From Antedon mediterranea (taxonomy: Eukaryota > Animalia > Echinodermata): a stretch of DNA of 64,000 nt. Of the stretch, positions 12,946 through 25,656 are shown one piece after another; positions within the stretch are counted from its first letter, which is position 1, and each line of letters starts with the position of its first letter. The translations under genes and the position numbers were made by a program. Location of the stretch: the NCBI RefSeq assembly GCF_964355755.1, contig NC_092680.1:12595045-12659044 (forward strand), given 5' to 3'. The notes under the pieces were generated by a model, which had not been told where the DNA came from, did no database searches, and was given only the letters and a program-made list of their open reading frames with translations.

Positions 12946-13351
12946 TGTCCTCTATACATTTGACCATAGAGGGTTAGATGAAGGCACTTCCTCTTATTTG
13001 GAAATTTCCTGATGTATGGCGTGCCAAACTGTCATTTAATCACATTAAAACAAGATATCACACTAGTATGAATGAACTACAAGGGCATGATGACAGGACA
13101 GTCTGGTCATGCGGTCCTATTCTTTCAGCCCATCTTATTGATCTAGTTGAGAAAACGACCATGGAGTTGAAAGAGTATGAAGATGATGAACAAGAAATTG
13201 AATTTGAGGTGGATGATGACTGAAAATCTATTGCAGTAACTTGATAAATGGGTTTTGAATGAGTAGTTTATATAGACCTACATATACATAGTTTTATTTT
13301 GAAAACAGAAAAATTCTTACTATAAGAATTCTGTGAAAATTGAGGTCCTCA

Positions 13352-13391
13352 CTCCTGAGGACGATCAAAGCATATTGATCGAAACGTCGAG
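13352..13391 (+). ncRNA. Minimal type-I hammerhead ribozyme motif (Penelope pLTR type)
   Basis: CUC-CUGAGGA-C-GAUCAA(agcata)UUGAUC-GAAAC-GUC-GAG: both core boxes, 6-bp stem II, 3-bp stem I, palindromic ACGU stem III, GUC cleavage triplet. Confidence 0.6.
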
Positions 13392-15964
13392 AAACTTAAC
13401 AGTTCTTTTCAGAATTAATATACGTGGTGTACCGCAAACTTTAAAAAAATTGAGGTCAATGATTAAATGTGACAATACTAAAATTTATGACCATTTCTTG
13501 AAATAAATACTCATTAGAGTGGATAGAAACATGTATGTTTTGAACAATTTAATATAAAAATAAAATCTTTATGACCAAGGGTTACTGAGATATGACCTTC
13601 AGGTGTAAACAAGGTCAAATGTCAAAAGTTGTATTTCTGGCCATTTTGTATGAAAATGTTTTATTAAATTGCATATTCTGAACATTAAAAGAATCAACAT
13701 CAAACCTCTATGACCACTGGTTGTCAAGATATAGAACGAATACAAAAATAGTCTAAATTATTGCGAAAATCGTTATACAATAATGTCAAAGGTCAAAAGT
13801 GATATTTTCCATCAAATTTCAAAAATATGTTTCATTAAAGCTAATATAAATATGGATACTCCAAACTATTTAAAACAAAAATAAAATCGTTATGACCATT
13901 GGTTACGAAGATATGTAAAAACGAGGTCAAAGGTCAAAAGTCGTATTTCTGGTCATTTTGTATGAAAATGTTTTATTATAGTAGATAGGAACGTGCATTT
14001 TCTGAACAATATAAGACCAAAATCAAACCTCTATGATCACTCGTCAAGATATAGGTCGAATACAAAAATAGTCTAAATTATTGCGAAAATCGCTATGCAA
14101 TAATGTCAAAGGTCAAAAATGATATTTCCCGTCAAATTTAAAAAACATGTTCCATTAAAGCTAATATAAATATGAATATTCTGAACAATTTAAGACAAAA
14201 ATAAAATCTTTATGAACAGGGGTTACCAAGATATGACCCTTATGTAAAAACAAGGTCAAAGGTCAAAAGTGGCATTTACGGCCATTTTGAACGAAAACTT
14301 TTCATTATAGTACATAGAAATGTGCATATTCTGAACAATTAATTTAAGACCAAAATCAGACCTCTATGATCAGTCTTTGTCAAGTACCGTCTATATTTAT
14401 GATTTTGATAAATCCAAGATGGCCACCAAAATGGCCCCCAAAAAACCCCATGGGACAATATTTCGTCTTGGGAACATCAAAAAATGTTAATTACATATAT
14501 TCAGGATTACAAAAATGTACATTAAAAAAATACATCATGGGGGTGCACGGTGACCCCTCCTTCCTACTAGACTACATCTTCAGAGCATTCCGTTGGACAG
14601 TCACAAATACTACGTCTCATAGATTTAAACTTCACTGTGGTAGACAAAAATGTAACTTTCAGTAAGCGCATTAATATTAATAGTATAATTAGTATAATAT
14701 TATATATAATAGTATATTAGTATTACTTACTGTAGGTGGATGTATAACACTCAGTTAGTTGCTTTGGTGAACAAAATGAAACGTTGGTTTCTAGAGCGAA
14801 GGAAGAAATGTTAAATTTCAAAATTTTTAAATGGCATACTAATTAAATAGTTATAGAGCGACGAAGCACACGTGCACATACTCTAGGTTCTAGACCGTGA
14901 TTTGAATTAGTATTAGCAAAAACATAAATATGTTGGTACGTATGGCGTTTCATTTGTATAATAATTGTACTCAATCATGTAGTTTTCAGACAAAAATCGA
15001 AACGCCGACAGTGCGCATGATCTAACGTTCCAGATCGTCTTACTCACCTTTTGGTAAATAAAACGTTACACATAAGCAATTGTTGGCCATGTATTTTGAT
15101 TCACATTCTACGAGGCATTTATTTCGTGTGTATGGTCCACTCAGGAATGAAAGATCACCATCTTCGATGCAATTACCGTATGGACGTGGTAGACTAACAA
15201 CCTGTAATGTGGCCATGATTTCAAATTGGTTTTTTTTCAAGACAAAAACAAATCCAGTAATTTGTATTATTTGTACCACCAAGATGTTCATGAGCCCGGA
15301 TTTAAAAAACTTATTTGAACAAAAGATGAAATTTCTATAGAGAAAATTAATCAATACAGAAAACGTTTCAGGAAGAATGAGATAATTGATAAATACTGTA
15401 TGAATGAATAATGATGCGCTAACAATGTTTGTTTATAGTGAGAATTATAACGATGGTAAAAATGTCGAAAAACATGTTGATAAATTATAAAGATGAGAAT
15501 GATGTTGATCGGATATTGTCTAACTAATACATACTGTTGATTTTCGAAGTGTGATCTGGGTCTCTGTACCTATCGACACATCCATCCCCGACGCCAGCAC
15601 GTTCGGCCGGTCATCTTTATTCGCCACAGCAATTCGAAATCCGATACTTTCCCGAGGTGATGAGTAGTATTCAAATGAATCAGCATACAGAATCAAATTT
15701 AACCCATAAAAATTACCTACAAATATTATTGTATTAGTATTAATTAATTAACTAATTAATCTATTTAGGGTCTATAAATTGTTGAACAATTTGTACTATT
15801 GTTATAAAATATGTTACACTTTACATGCGTAAATGCGAATGATGTACAAAACTGACTATGGAAAGTATGAAAATTAAAAAATAGTATATCAACTGACATA
15901 TACGTGAGCAGAGCCAAAAACTAACGTTTGAAAAGTTGTCGAATGAAATGTTATCACATGAAAT

Positions 15965-16310
15965 CACGAACAAGCGAACGGTGTGTAATACTGGCCAATC
16001 GAAAGTAGGTGATTGAAATGCAACCACTTTAACTCAAGAAAATACGTTCGGTGCGAAAAATCGCCGTTTGGAAAGTCGATGCTTCAAATATCATGGTTTG
16101 AACACGAACAAGCGAACGGTGTGTAATACTGGCCAATCGAAAGTAAGTGATTGAAATGCAACCACTTTAACTCAAGAAAATACGTTCGGTGCGAAAAATC
16201 GCTGTTTGGAAAGTCGATGCTTCAAATATCATGGTTTGAACTCACGAACGGGCGTATCGTGTGCAAAACAGTTGTTTAAACTGTTGAACAGACGAACGGT
16301 GTATAAAACA
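15965..16310. repeat. ~135-bp tandem duplication with degenerate extension
   Basis: cacgaacaagcgaacggtgtgtaatactggccaatcgaaagt at ~15965 and ~16103, with partial copies after. Confidence 0.75.
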
Positions 16311-16429
16311 GGCAATGTATTAGAATTATAATTCGATGAACTATAATTAAGATGCTTTGTTTGAAATATTCATGAACAACATGAAATGTTGATAAATGAG
16401 TTGGCTAATATATACTTGTATTAACGTTA

Positions 16430-17537
16430 TAGTGGGGAACCTATATAGATTTTAATGCTCAAGTTGAGTTCTTGGCAGTTTTGGAATCCTTGGGACCAGC
16501 ATAATTCATTGCAACTGGGGGCCAATTTTTCCCGACCCTATTTTGGCCGCCATCTTGGATTTCAAAATGGCCCCCATTTTTTACTCAAAACTCCTATTTT
16601 AAACCACGTACGAACGTAATTTGTGTGATAAATCTTACAATAGTATGATAAATCAATCCAATGGTACAATTTATAATAATAGCATATGGCAGCCATATTG
16701 AATTCCAAGATGGCCGCCATTAAAAACGTATATAATGTATGCATTTTATAGTCAGGGTCCTCGTGTATTTCCGTAGGATTTTAATGCCCAAAGTGAGATT
16801 TCACTTCTTTAATATGGTGGTAGGATACCAAAAATGCTAGGTAACCAATTTTCACGATCCCGTAACCATGGTAACAGCCCCAAGATCAAAATGGCGCCCA
16901 ATCTCCGTATCCCTTTGGTCTATGAACAAGATATTGGTATCAAAATACTCGGAGCGTATATATTTATATTCATTGTAATGGAACATTTTTACGAAATGTA
17001 ATAGGAAATGGTATTTTTCTGCACTATTGACCTTTGACCTTGACTTGCATTGTATCTAAAAAACGGCTGGTCATTGAAATTTAAAAATGGTCTCAAATTG
17101 CTGAGACCATACATATTTATATTTATTATAATGCAACATTTTGTTAGAAAATGACCGGAAGTAAAGTTATTGACGGAAATACATGAGGACCCTGACTATA
17201 AAATGCATACATTATATACGTTTTTAATGGCGGCCATCTTGGATTTCAATATGGCTGCCATATGCTATGATTATAAATTTTACCATTGGACTGATTTATC
17301 ATAATATTGTAAGATTTATCACACAAATTACGTTCGTACGTGGTTTAAAATAGGAGCTACTATCAGTTTTGAGTAAAAAATGGGGGCCATTTTGAAATCC
17401 AAGATGGCGGCCAAAATAGGGTCGGGAAAAATTGGCCCCCTGTTGCAATGAATTCTGCTGATCCCAAGGATTCCAAAACTGCCAAGAACTCAACTTGAGC
17501 ATTAAAATCTCACGGAATTACATTAGGTTCCCCACTA
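16430..17537. mobile_element. Third Academ-like element (1.1 kb, ~350-bp TIRs)
   Basis: Ends tagtggggaaccta / taggttccccacta; 3-bp TSD tta (16427-16429, 17538-17540). Shares gccatcttggattt and tgacctttgacct motifs with the other two. Confidence 0.82.
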
Positions 17538-17804
17538 TTAGATTAATTCAATTATTGCTGCCTGAGCTCAACATTCTTTAGATGGTTTGTGTTATGGGTA
17601 GTTTGTTCGGCGTATTGTCGTTTGGGCTAGTGGTAGATGGTCACACATTGTATTGGATGGTGTAGATACTATGTGAATTGGATGGTTTGAATTTTGTACG
17701 AATTAATTATTGGTGGATGGTATGTATTATGTATTTTTGGCGGGTTTGGCTTTCCATAATAACCATCTGTTTATGTATATTAACAAAGATTGTCTCATTG
17801 TATA

Positions 17805-20491
17805 CAGTCGGAGAGCCGCGTTGGGAAATATGACCGTTATCGCGAAATTTTCGACTTCGCATGACGTCATTAATTTTAGAAGCCCTCTCTCGGCACAGAG
17901 GCATCAACGTTTCGCGCGAAAACATTAGCATAAAGTATACGTCATTTTATAGCTGTTTAATAAACATTAATAGGCGAAAAATTAACCATATATGGTAAGA
18001 TCAGTTCCTTATATGTTTAAGATGTCGCAGGTCACCTAATTTTCGGAATAATTTGTTGGATTTGTTGTCAGTGACAGTTTCTTTCCAAAGTTCGTGTGCA
18101 GCCGTCAAAGCTGAAGTTTTCTAACTTGTGTTTGTTTACAAATTTTCCATTAGTGGGATTTGCATCCCATACAGTGAATTACCAAAAAATCGGCGTATAT
18201 GGATAGAGTAAGTATCAATAGTCTGTTTTACGTTAAAATTGGCTTGAAACCCTATTTAAGCTTCCTACAGCGAACATTTTAAAAAAGGTCCTCATTTCAC
18301 ATAATTGTTACGTCTCGCGGCACTAGTTCCGTCGTGTGTTGGTTGTGGTTGTTGCAGGTGTGGTTGTGCACGACCTGGTGGATCGTTGTCGTAATATCGG
18401 CCTAGGCTTAGCCTTAGTAACATGTTGATAATTAAAATACTTTAGTTACAATTTAATATTATTAAAGTTTCGTTAATCCTATACTCTATATTGAAGATGC
18501 GTTGGGAAGGTTTTAAAAAGATAATTAAGCCAATCGCAGCCTGACATATAGTTAAATATCCTCATTATTGGCAACTGATGGGTACAATTTATTTACTGTA
18601 TTAATAATTATACAATAAATATACAGACACAAGGAAGTTTTGTGTTTAGTGCTTTTTTATGGTAGGCCTACAGTACAGTCATATTTTATCTGAATATGTT
18701 TTCAGGTTGTGGAATAATTATATAATTATACAGTATTTAAGAAAATGTTTTCGTCATAGTGACAATTATTTAAATAGTTCTTTACATTTCAGCTATTCAT
18801 TTTCATTTCAGGTTTTTTGTTGGTATCAAGATTTTCTACCTCGTTCTTCAATATGAGGTTGGACGGTGGAAGCTGTAAAGTGGTTTTCTCGATTTCAATA
18901 TCATTGCTGATAGTTTTTCATTTTATTCGCTAATATAACATATACATTTATATTCATTTAAGTTGTAGAAGTGTTTCAGATCAGTAAATTTTTATAAAGA
19001 TATAAATTAAGTTGCAATTGATTGATTGATTTACTTTATTAACCAGAGTCGCACAGATGCATACAATATAAACATAAAACAATCATAAAATCAGTACAAC
19101 AGTAAGACTCAAGTAAAAATGATATCTCAAAAAGTACATATGGTGGCATATTTTATATTTACAGTATTAGGCCTAGCTAGTTTGTTATGTCTGATGAACA
19201 AGGTGCTATTAAAAGTTTTTATATACAGTAGTATTTACTATTTGTATCAGTACAGTAATTGTTTGAAAGGTTGTATTTTTTCACATTCTGTATATGTATA
19301 CATAAAAAGAAAAAATGTATTGCTTGTGTGAAATGTAAGTTGTATCTAATAAAGTAATAGAATATTTCTGTATACAAGTGTGACATTTACTGCCAGATAT
19401 TGATATACTGATAAGTACCAACCAATTAACAATACTCAAGTAAATGATGGGCTAATAATTATCTTTTTTAAAAACATGACCATATAAAAATACATGGTTG
19501 AGTCTCTCAAACAAAAGATGCCTGATTTTATAAATAACATTCCCCACCATATTTATATATAAATTGAAAATGGGTTATCTTTTGGCACTTTGTTTTTCAA
19601 TTTATTGTTTTTTAACAGTTTTTGTAATTTTTTCTGGGCCTAGGTTCTTCTTCAGGCTTCTTCTTGCTTGGTATATGAGCTGGGATAGACCTACCAGCCT
19701 AGATTATGGAATACCCAGATTATGTCTACTTCTACTCCAGCTACTATAGGCCCTACTATAACACAAACTACTATCAGAATTACCTAGCCTAACTAGGCCT
19801 AGAAAATACTATTTTTAGGCATAGCTAGGCTAGAAGTTAAGTAAGTAATTATAGTAGCTAGTCTAAGTAGGCCTTTCCTAGCTCAGAAACCAAATAGAAC
19901 AATAATCGGGCAGCAGATTGAAACCTTAGGCCTGTGACGCAGTACGCCTGCATGAACAACCGGATTAAACAGGGACACGATTCGGTCCGGGTCGATTCGT
20001 ACCAGCTTCGTAAAACGTAAACAAAGTTTCAAAATGGCGGTTTTTCGATCGTAACTGAACAGAAATGTAGTAGGTTTGGTTTGATTAGTGGGAGTTGCAT
20101 CCCAAGAAAGCTTAAAATTAGATTTTTATTTTAATAGATAGCTTAATAGTTTATCTTGAAAGGATTTTAAATTCGCTTTGAAACCTTATCTAGAAAATAT
20201 GAAATTTAATGATTTTTTACCATCATTTAAAAAAAAATATAAATAAAAAAGTTTATACACAAAATAATGATATTTCTCGAAACAAAAAAACTGTGGAATT
20301 TAGATCACAGTTTTTATCATTATTTACGCTTGCAGTTCAACTATTGAAATACGTTTATTGATTTCATTTAATATCAAAATTATACAATTTTCAAAGTGTA
20401 CTAAAATAGCAAAAATTCCAACATTTTCCACGAAGCGCGCCCTCACAATGAATGAAATCAGTGATGCGTTACCAACGCGGCTTTCCGACTG
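17805..20491. mobile_element. Tc1/mariner-pogo-like non-autonomous element (2.7 kb)
   Basis: TA|cagtcggagagccgcgttgg ... ccaacgcggctttccgactg|TA; no transposase ORF seen. Confidence 0.75.
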
Positions 20492-22525
20492 TATATTTTA
20501 GACCAAAAATAGAATGAAAATGTTGCTACTGTACAATACTATTATTAATTATGTTTATATTTTAAGTTATAGTTTCTTTTGTTTAATAATTGTATTTCTC
20601 TTAATTTGTTATTTAAAAAAAAATATTTTTCAGTATATTATATAATACGTTTCCAAAAATGTATATTGTATTCATAATTAATAAAGACAAACGTATGGAA
20701 CGCCGTTCATCTGATCGAAGTTGTGTAACGACGTTCCAGCATCAACTGATTATCATTGACAATGCTGTGGCTATCTCGATAGATCTGATAATTTATTTAT
20801 CAAAACAATAAAGTAAAACCAGTCAGAAAGAAAGTGCCGAGCTTTCGGATAAAACACTCATCAGGACTTTCAAGTCACACAATCGTCATAAATTATAACT
20901 TGGTTAGGACTTACAGTTTAAGCATGCTTTCGATACGATGTCCACTTTCTTGAATAAAGTCTTTTATATCACCTCCTCTAGGAAACTCGTCGTCGGCCGT
21001 TGATGCCGTGTAACCTTCGTAATTCATCACTTTCTTCTCAAAATCGGGTACCAATCCAATCGCTGGAAAGAGTTCTTTTAGATACCAATGTCCGTACTCG
21101 TAAAATCTGCCAACGCCTCCGAAATCTGTATATAATTTCGTGTTTCTGTGCGAATAACAGATATCTTATTTATTAACAACAGTAGAACATAGAGACCGAG
21201 CAGTTGCATAACATAAATAGTAGAGTTTACAGTAAGATAAGATAATACTATTTATAAACCGCACATATCCACAAAGTGCTCAAGCAGTTGCATGAATGTA
21301 AATACACCTGTTTGTATCTTACTATATAAATTCGATAGTATTTCATTACATTTTACCAAAATTCTGAAAACTAATTGTTTTATTTATTGGTAAGCATTAG
21401 TTCCCATTAAAATAATAAAAAATATAATAATATACAGATACAGATTCCTTTTATTATCCAATCTAATGGAAATCACAGTGCTCATATCTTGGCTTGCCTT
21501 AAAAAATTATAAAGGAAAAAAGAACCAATCTGTTGTTATAATGTCGTATCCCAGCGGTAAATATGCCTAAAATAACGAAATAAAATTATACAGGCCTAAC
21601 TATAATTGGATTGTTGGAAGATCATGTCTACTTTTTTCTATACACTATCGTTCGTTTTTTATCAACAAGTATATTTATTTTTTTATTTTTTAAAATTTTC
21701 AATCTTTCGACACTCAGAAACAAAAAAGTTGAAGGGGTCTGTCGAGGTAAAGCAACAGTTTAAAAAACTGTCATCAAAAGATGTGCTTAACCAAACCCAC
21801 GTCAACAATACATATTAACAAACAAAATTCAATATAAAAAAAACATAAAACAAATAAAATACAGTGCAAAATAATAAACTAATTATAAAAAATATAAAGA
21901 AAGATTTACCTGAACATATTTATATTGCAAATTGTTATGTTCGGAAATTCCAAAGCTTTGTGGTATTCGTAAGTGAATTTTGTGTTTTTATCAAACGTCA
22001 AATATAGTGAGACGGTCGTGTATACTTGGTAAGTTAAGATTGCGAACGAAGTACACAAAATTAAAATCCAAAACAACCTAAAAGATATACATATATAAAA
22101 AAACAATATATATATTTATCGTTTCAAATTAATTAATTAAATTTCAGTATATCACCGGGCGGTTTAGAATTAATGTTCTTTGCCTGATTTGTTTATATAT
22201 ATATATATATAAATCGTGGTAAATTTAACGCAGATCATGAAAGCGAAAGTGCTCGATACAAAATCTAGAGCCAAATATAAATATAAATATAAATAAATGA
22301 TAAAGACGCTAGTAAATTACCAACTGAACATTTTATTGCACTACGGGCTGTTTCATGAGTATGAACTCAATATTCAGGTGCTTGGCTCTGAATGATAGTC
22401 ACAAGTGAATACAAAAAGCTCTAATGAAGTTGTAAGGCAAACTGTTTATGTGAACAATAGTATGCTAATTAGCAAGTACAACACGTCTCTATTTCCTGGA
22501 CAGTCTATTGTTAACCAAATTCCTA

Positions 22526-23977
22526 TCTATATATAAATTTACGTAAGGGCAAAATTCGATAAATCGCAGTTTATTTCTAGAATTTTTACTCGATGGTATA
22601 TAAAGTTGGTTCGTACTTTCGGTACTGATTTTAACCATCTGATGTAACCATGTTTACTAATTAAATTGAGTTAGATAATTAGTTATTGACGATTAAAACG
22701 AATTTAGGTTCAACGATTTGCCCCAAATAGGGGTGTTTCGTGATCGTGGTATACACTGTCTAATGGATGTCCAACTTGAAAAATACCCGCAGACAATAAT
22801 GCGAGGATGCTTCGCATTTTCCTATCTCCTCCTACGATAATTGTTTTTAATAGCTGAAAACCGGTTGAACAGCTCGAGTACAGCATCATAATGTTGAAGA
22901 CAGGCCGATTTTCTTTAAAAAATACTATTTTGATAGATTTAATATACGTTTATACAAATGTTTTGATCTGCGATAAATGGAACATTCCAATCTCTGTTCC
23001 ACAAGTGTCTATTCCTCCCTCAGGCGTCGTAAAGACAAGTACTGTACAGTCATAACAGAAATTCGATACATTTTTTCCCAATCTGTGGAATCCTTTTTTT
23101 TTAACGCATAATGAGCTAGCCTTTCCAGTCGCCGTCTATTATGTACAATCAACTTTATTATTGCAGCTAAACCACCACCAACACCACCACCCTCCCCTCA
23201 CTGGCATGAGTAGCGTTGTAAAGCCAGTAGAGGGCAGGCCTACAGTACGAATGATCAGTACATGCCCTAAACGCAGAACAACTTTGGTGGTTAGGAAACA
23301 ACTTAATTTTAAATACAAGTTGGGTAGTGGGTAGCATAATTGGCTCTATGAAACACTTGACCATTACGCCTACTAATTAAGTTGAGTTAGATAATTATTT
23401 ATTGACGATTAAAGCGAATTTACGATTTGCCCCGAATAGAGGTGTTTAATATATTACTGACAGTTCCTTCTGAACGTTTGTAATCATGTAACTTCAAAAA
23501 AATATAAACGTCGTATTAGTGATGTATCGTTACATGTACTGTACTATTTCAATCGACTATGACGGTGACAGTTTCAACAAAGTATTAAATCGCAATGTTT
23601 TACTGTGTTTACTGGTATATTATTTGTAAAACATGAAAACAATTCATATTTCGTTACTAAATCGTTAAAAATTGTTCGTCTTTGCATCCATCCTCTTCCC
23701 CATCCCTCAACCCAAATGTTACATACAAAACACAAATTCAGTTTGTTTCTTATTTTGTGACAAACTTCTTTTTCGGAAGTAATTGCCGGGGTGCTAATTT
23801 TAGTTGAGTACATAAATCACCGTGTCTATTTATTCGTTCATGTAAACAACATGTATTATTGTCCTGCATGTGCATTTGAAATCGCCAGTTTTTTAAACGC
23901 TCAAATTACTATGTATTCGAGAACCATCTGTGGGCACGACCTAGATGGTACGCGAGCGAAGCGAGCGTACCATCTAG
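22526..23977 (+). mobile_element. Non-autonomous Helitron-like element, copy 1
   Basis: a|TCtatatataaa 5' end; 3' gggcacgacCTAG followed by a hairpin and a second CTAG|t. Extensive similarity to 35627-36875. Confidence 0.75.
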
Positions 23978-23986
23978 TTATCTAAA

Positions 23987-24830
23987 TTACTGATACCTTA
24001 ATAGAAACTTTCTCCTATGTCTACATGCACTGACTAATTCGTTCCTATGGTTAAGTGAGCTGGTTTCAGGCTTGCATATGATATAATACTTCTCTTGTAA
24101 GCATAGATTCGGCCTACATCGTTTGTTAACATTGGAATATGGTTTACACTTTTTTATTATTCGCCATTTAATGTTATACTTTATGTTATCATCTTTTAGC
24201 TTCCAGATGTACTGGCTAAGTGTTGTGCTGTTTTTGTATTTAACATTACGGAATGAACTATTATGTGCGTTATATCTACATTTAAATGTGTTTTCGGTTA
24301 GTCCGACATATGTTTCAACTTTATCATCATCATTTGTTGTTACTGTAGCCTGATAAACAACACCACTGGTTAGGCATTTCCCATCTAATGGGCATTCATT
24401 TCGACAGTTACATTGCTTGATGTTATCACAGGGCATATCATTACGTAATACATTTTTGTTGTGGGCCGATATTACAGACCCTAATTAGGCATGCAACTAT
24501 ATCTGATTTTAATGGTGTTTCTATTAAATATTTTTCTTAGCTCATGGTTATGTGGAAAATTCATCTACAGTCTTTAAGAACTCGTGCCCTATTTTGGTTT
24601 TCACGTTGGTACTGTAAGGCGGGTTGAACCAGATGATATTTCTTTTCCTTGTCTTCTTCATGTTATTTTGCGCGCTGGTATTGGTCGGGTTGTACTTCAG
24701 ATTGTGGTCGTATCCACTTTCATACAATTCTTCTTGGTACGGTTTCTTTGATTCATTGAAAACAGTTTCATTCGAAGAAATGTTTGATAATCTTTTGTTT
24801 ATGCCTTCAGGGATGTTCTTAATTATTGAT
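23987..24830 (-). mobile_element. Penelope-like element 3' part (GIY-YIG endonuclease), frameshifted
   Basis: CNCRNECPLDGKC...VVYQATV...YVGLTENTFKCRYNAH...LCLQEKYYII...LNHRNELVSACRHRRKF; upstream RKRNIIWFNPPYS in another frame. Confidence 0.92.
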
Positions 24831-25015
24831 GGTTAGGACATCTGCATATCAAGCAGGCGGTCCGAGTTCGAGTCTCGGTTGGGGCGACTTTTTCTCATTC
24901 TCACAGATTTCCTCATCTTTATCGTTTTAAATTAATTAATTAAATTTCAGTATATCACCGGGCGGTTTAGAATTAATGTTCTATGCCTGTTGTGTTTATA
25001 TTATATATATATAAA
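24829..25015 (+). mobile_element. tRNA-derived SINE, 5'-truncated; its 3' part recurs at ~22115-22200
   Basis: B-box gagttcgagtc in a tRNA-like head. Tail aattaattaattaaatttcagtatatcaccgggcggtttagaattaatgttct is found twice. Confidence 0.65.
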
Positions 25016-25209
25016 TAAAACTGTACAGTGGTCGTATTAACTCAACACAGTAAACAAACCTTTCCTAATATTCTTTCACATAATTTTAAAAACTAGGAGA
25101 AAGGATATATAATATAGGCCTATGGAAAAAGTATTATAACAAGCAGGGCGACAACATGCATTTTTTATATTGGCTAAATATAGGCCTACATAAATTCAAA
25201 ATTACTAAT

Positions 25210-25656
25210 GCTTAGTTCCCACTTGAGACGCAACGCAAGGACGTAATGCATTGTAAAGCGTGGTTCCCACTAGTGACGCAACACAAGGACGTAACGAAAC
25301 GCAAGTGAATTGACCTTTCATTTTGTTATATAACCGAATCATCTTTTTTTTATACATTATGATTTACTGTATTATATCTCAAAAAAAAAATATATATTTA
25401 TATATCAAATATCAGATATTATGTTTTACTCAAATATGAATGAAAGAAATAAATGTTTATTTGATTTGATTTGATTTGCGTCGTCGGTTCTCACTTGTGA
25501 TTACGCAATACAGCACTTTGCGTCGATACGTCCCTGCGTTGCGTTCTAATGGGAACCACGCTTTAGTGAGTTGACCAATCACAAGCGATGGATTATTCGA
25601 CTGTCGCTTGTCATTGGTCAACTCATTTGCGTTGTGTCCTAGTGGGAACCAAGCTT
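25210..25656. mobile_element. Self-nested Harbinger-like MITEs (ggttcccact family); relatives at 29188-29620 and ~41265-41410
   Basis: Inner agcgtggttcccactag...tgggaaccacgct (~25257-25562) within outer gcttagttcccact...agtgggaaccaagct; rich in acgcaacgca. Confidence 0.7.

Larger units (their letters stand above)
6708..14574. mobile_element. Academ-like non-autonomous DNA transposon (7.9 kb, ~1.1-1.2-kb TIRs) inserted in exon 8 of channel copy C
   Basis: Termini 5'-TAGT...ACTA-3'; 3-bp TSD cat (6705-6707 and 14575-14577). 6708-~7900 is the reverse complement of ~13460-14574. TAG..CTA ends, 3-4-bp TSD and long TIRs fit Academ (recalled, not searched). Confidence 0.82.

Noticed and set aside
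6708-14574. Polinton/Maverick or CACTA assignment for the long-TIR element
   Set aside because: The TSD is 3 bp rather than 6, the ends are TAGT..ACTA rather than CACTA..TAGTG, and there are no polB, integrase or capsid ORFs.
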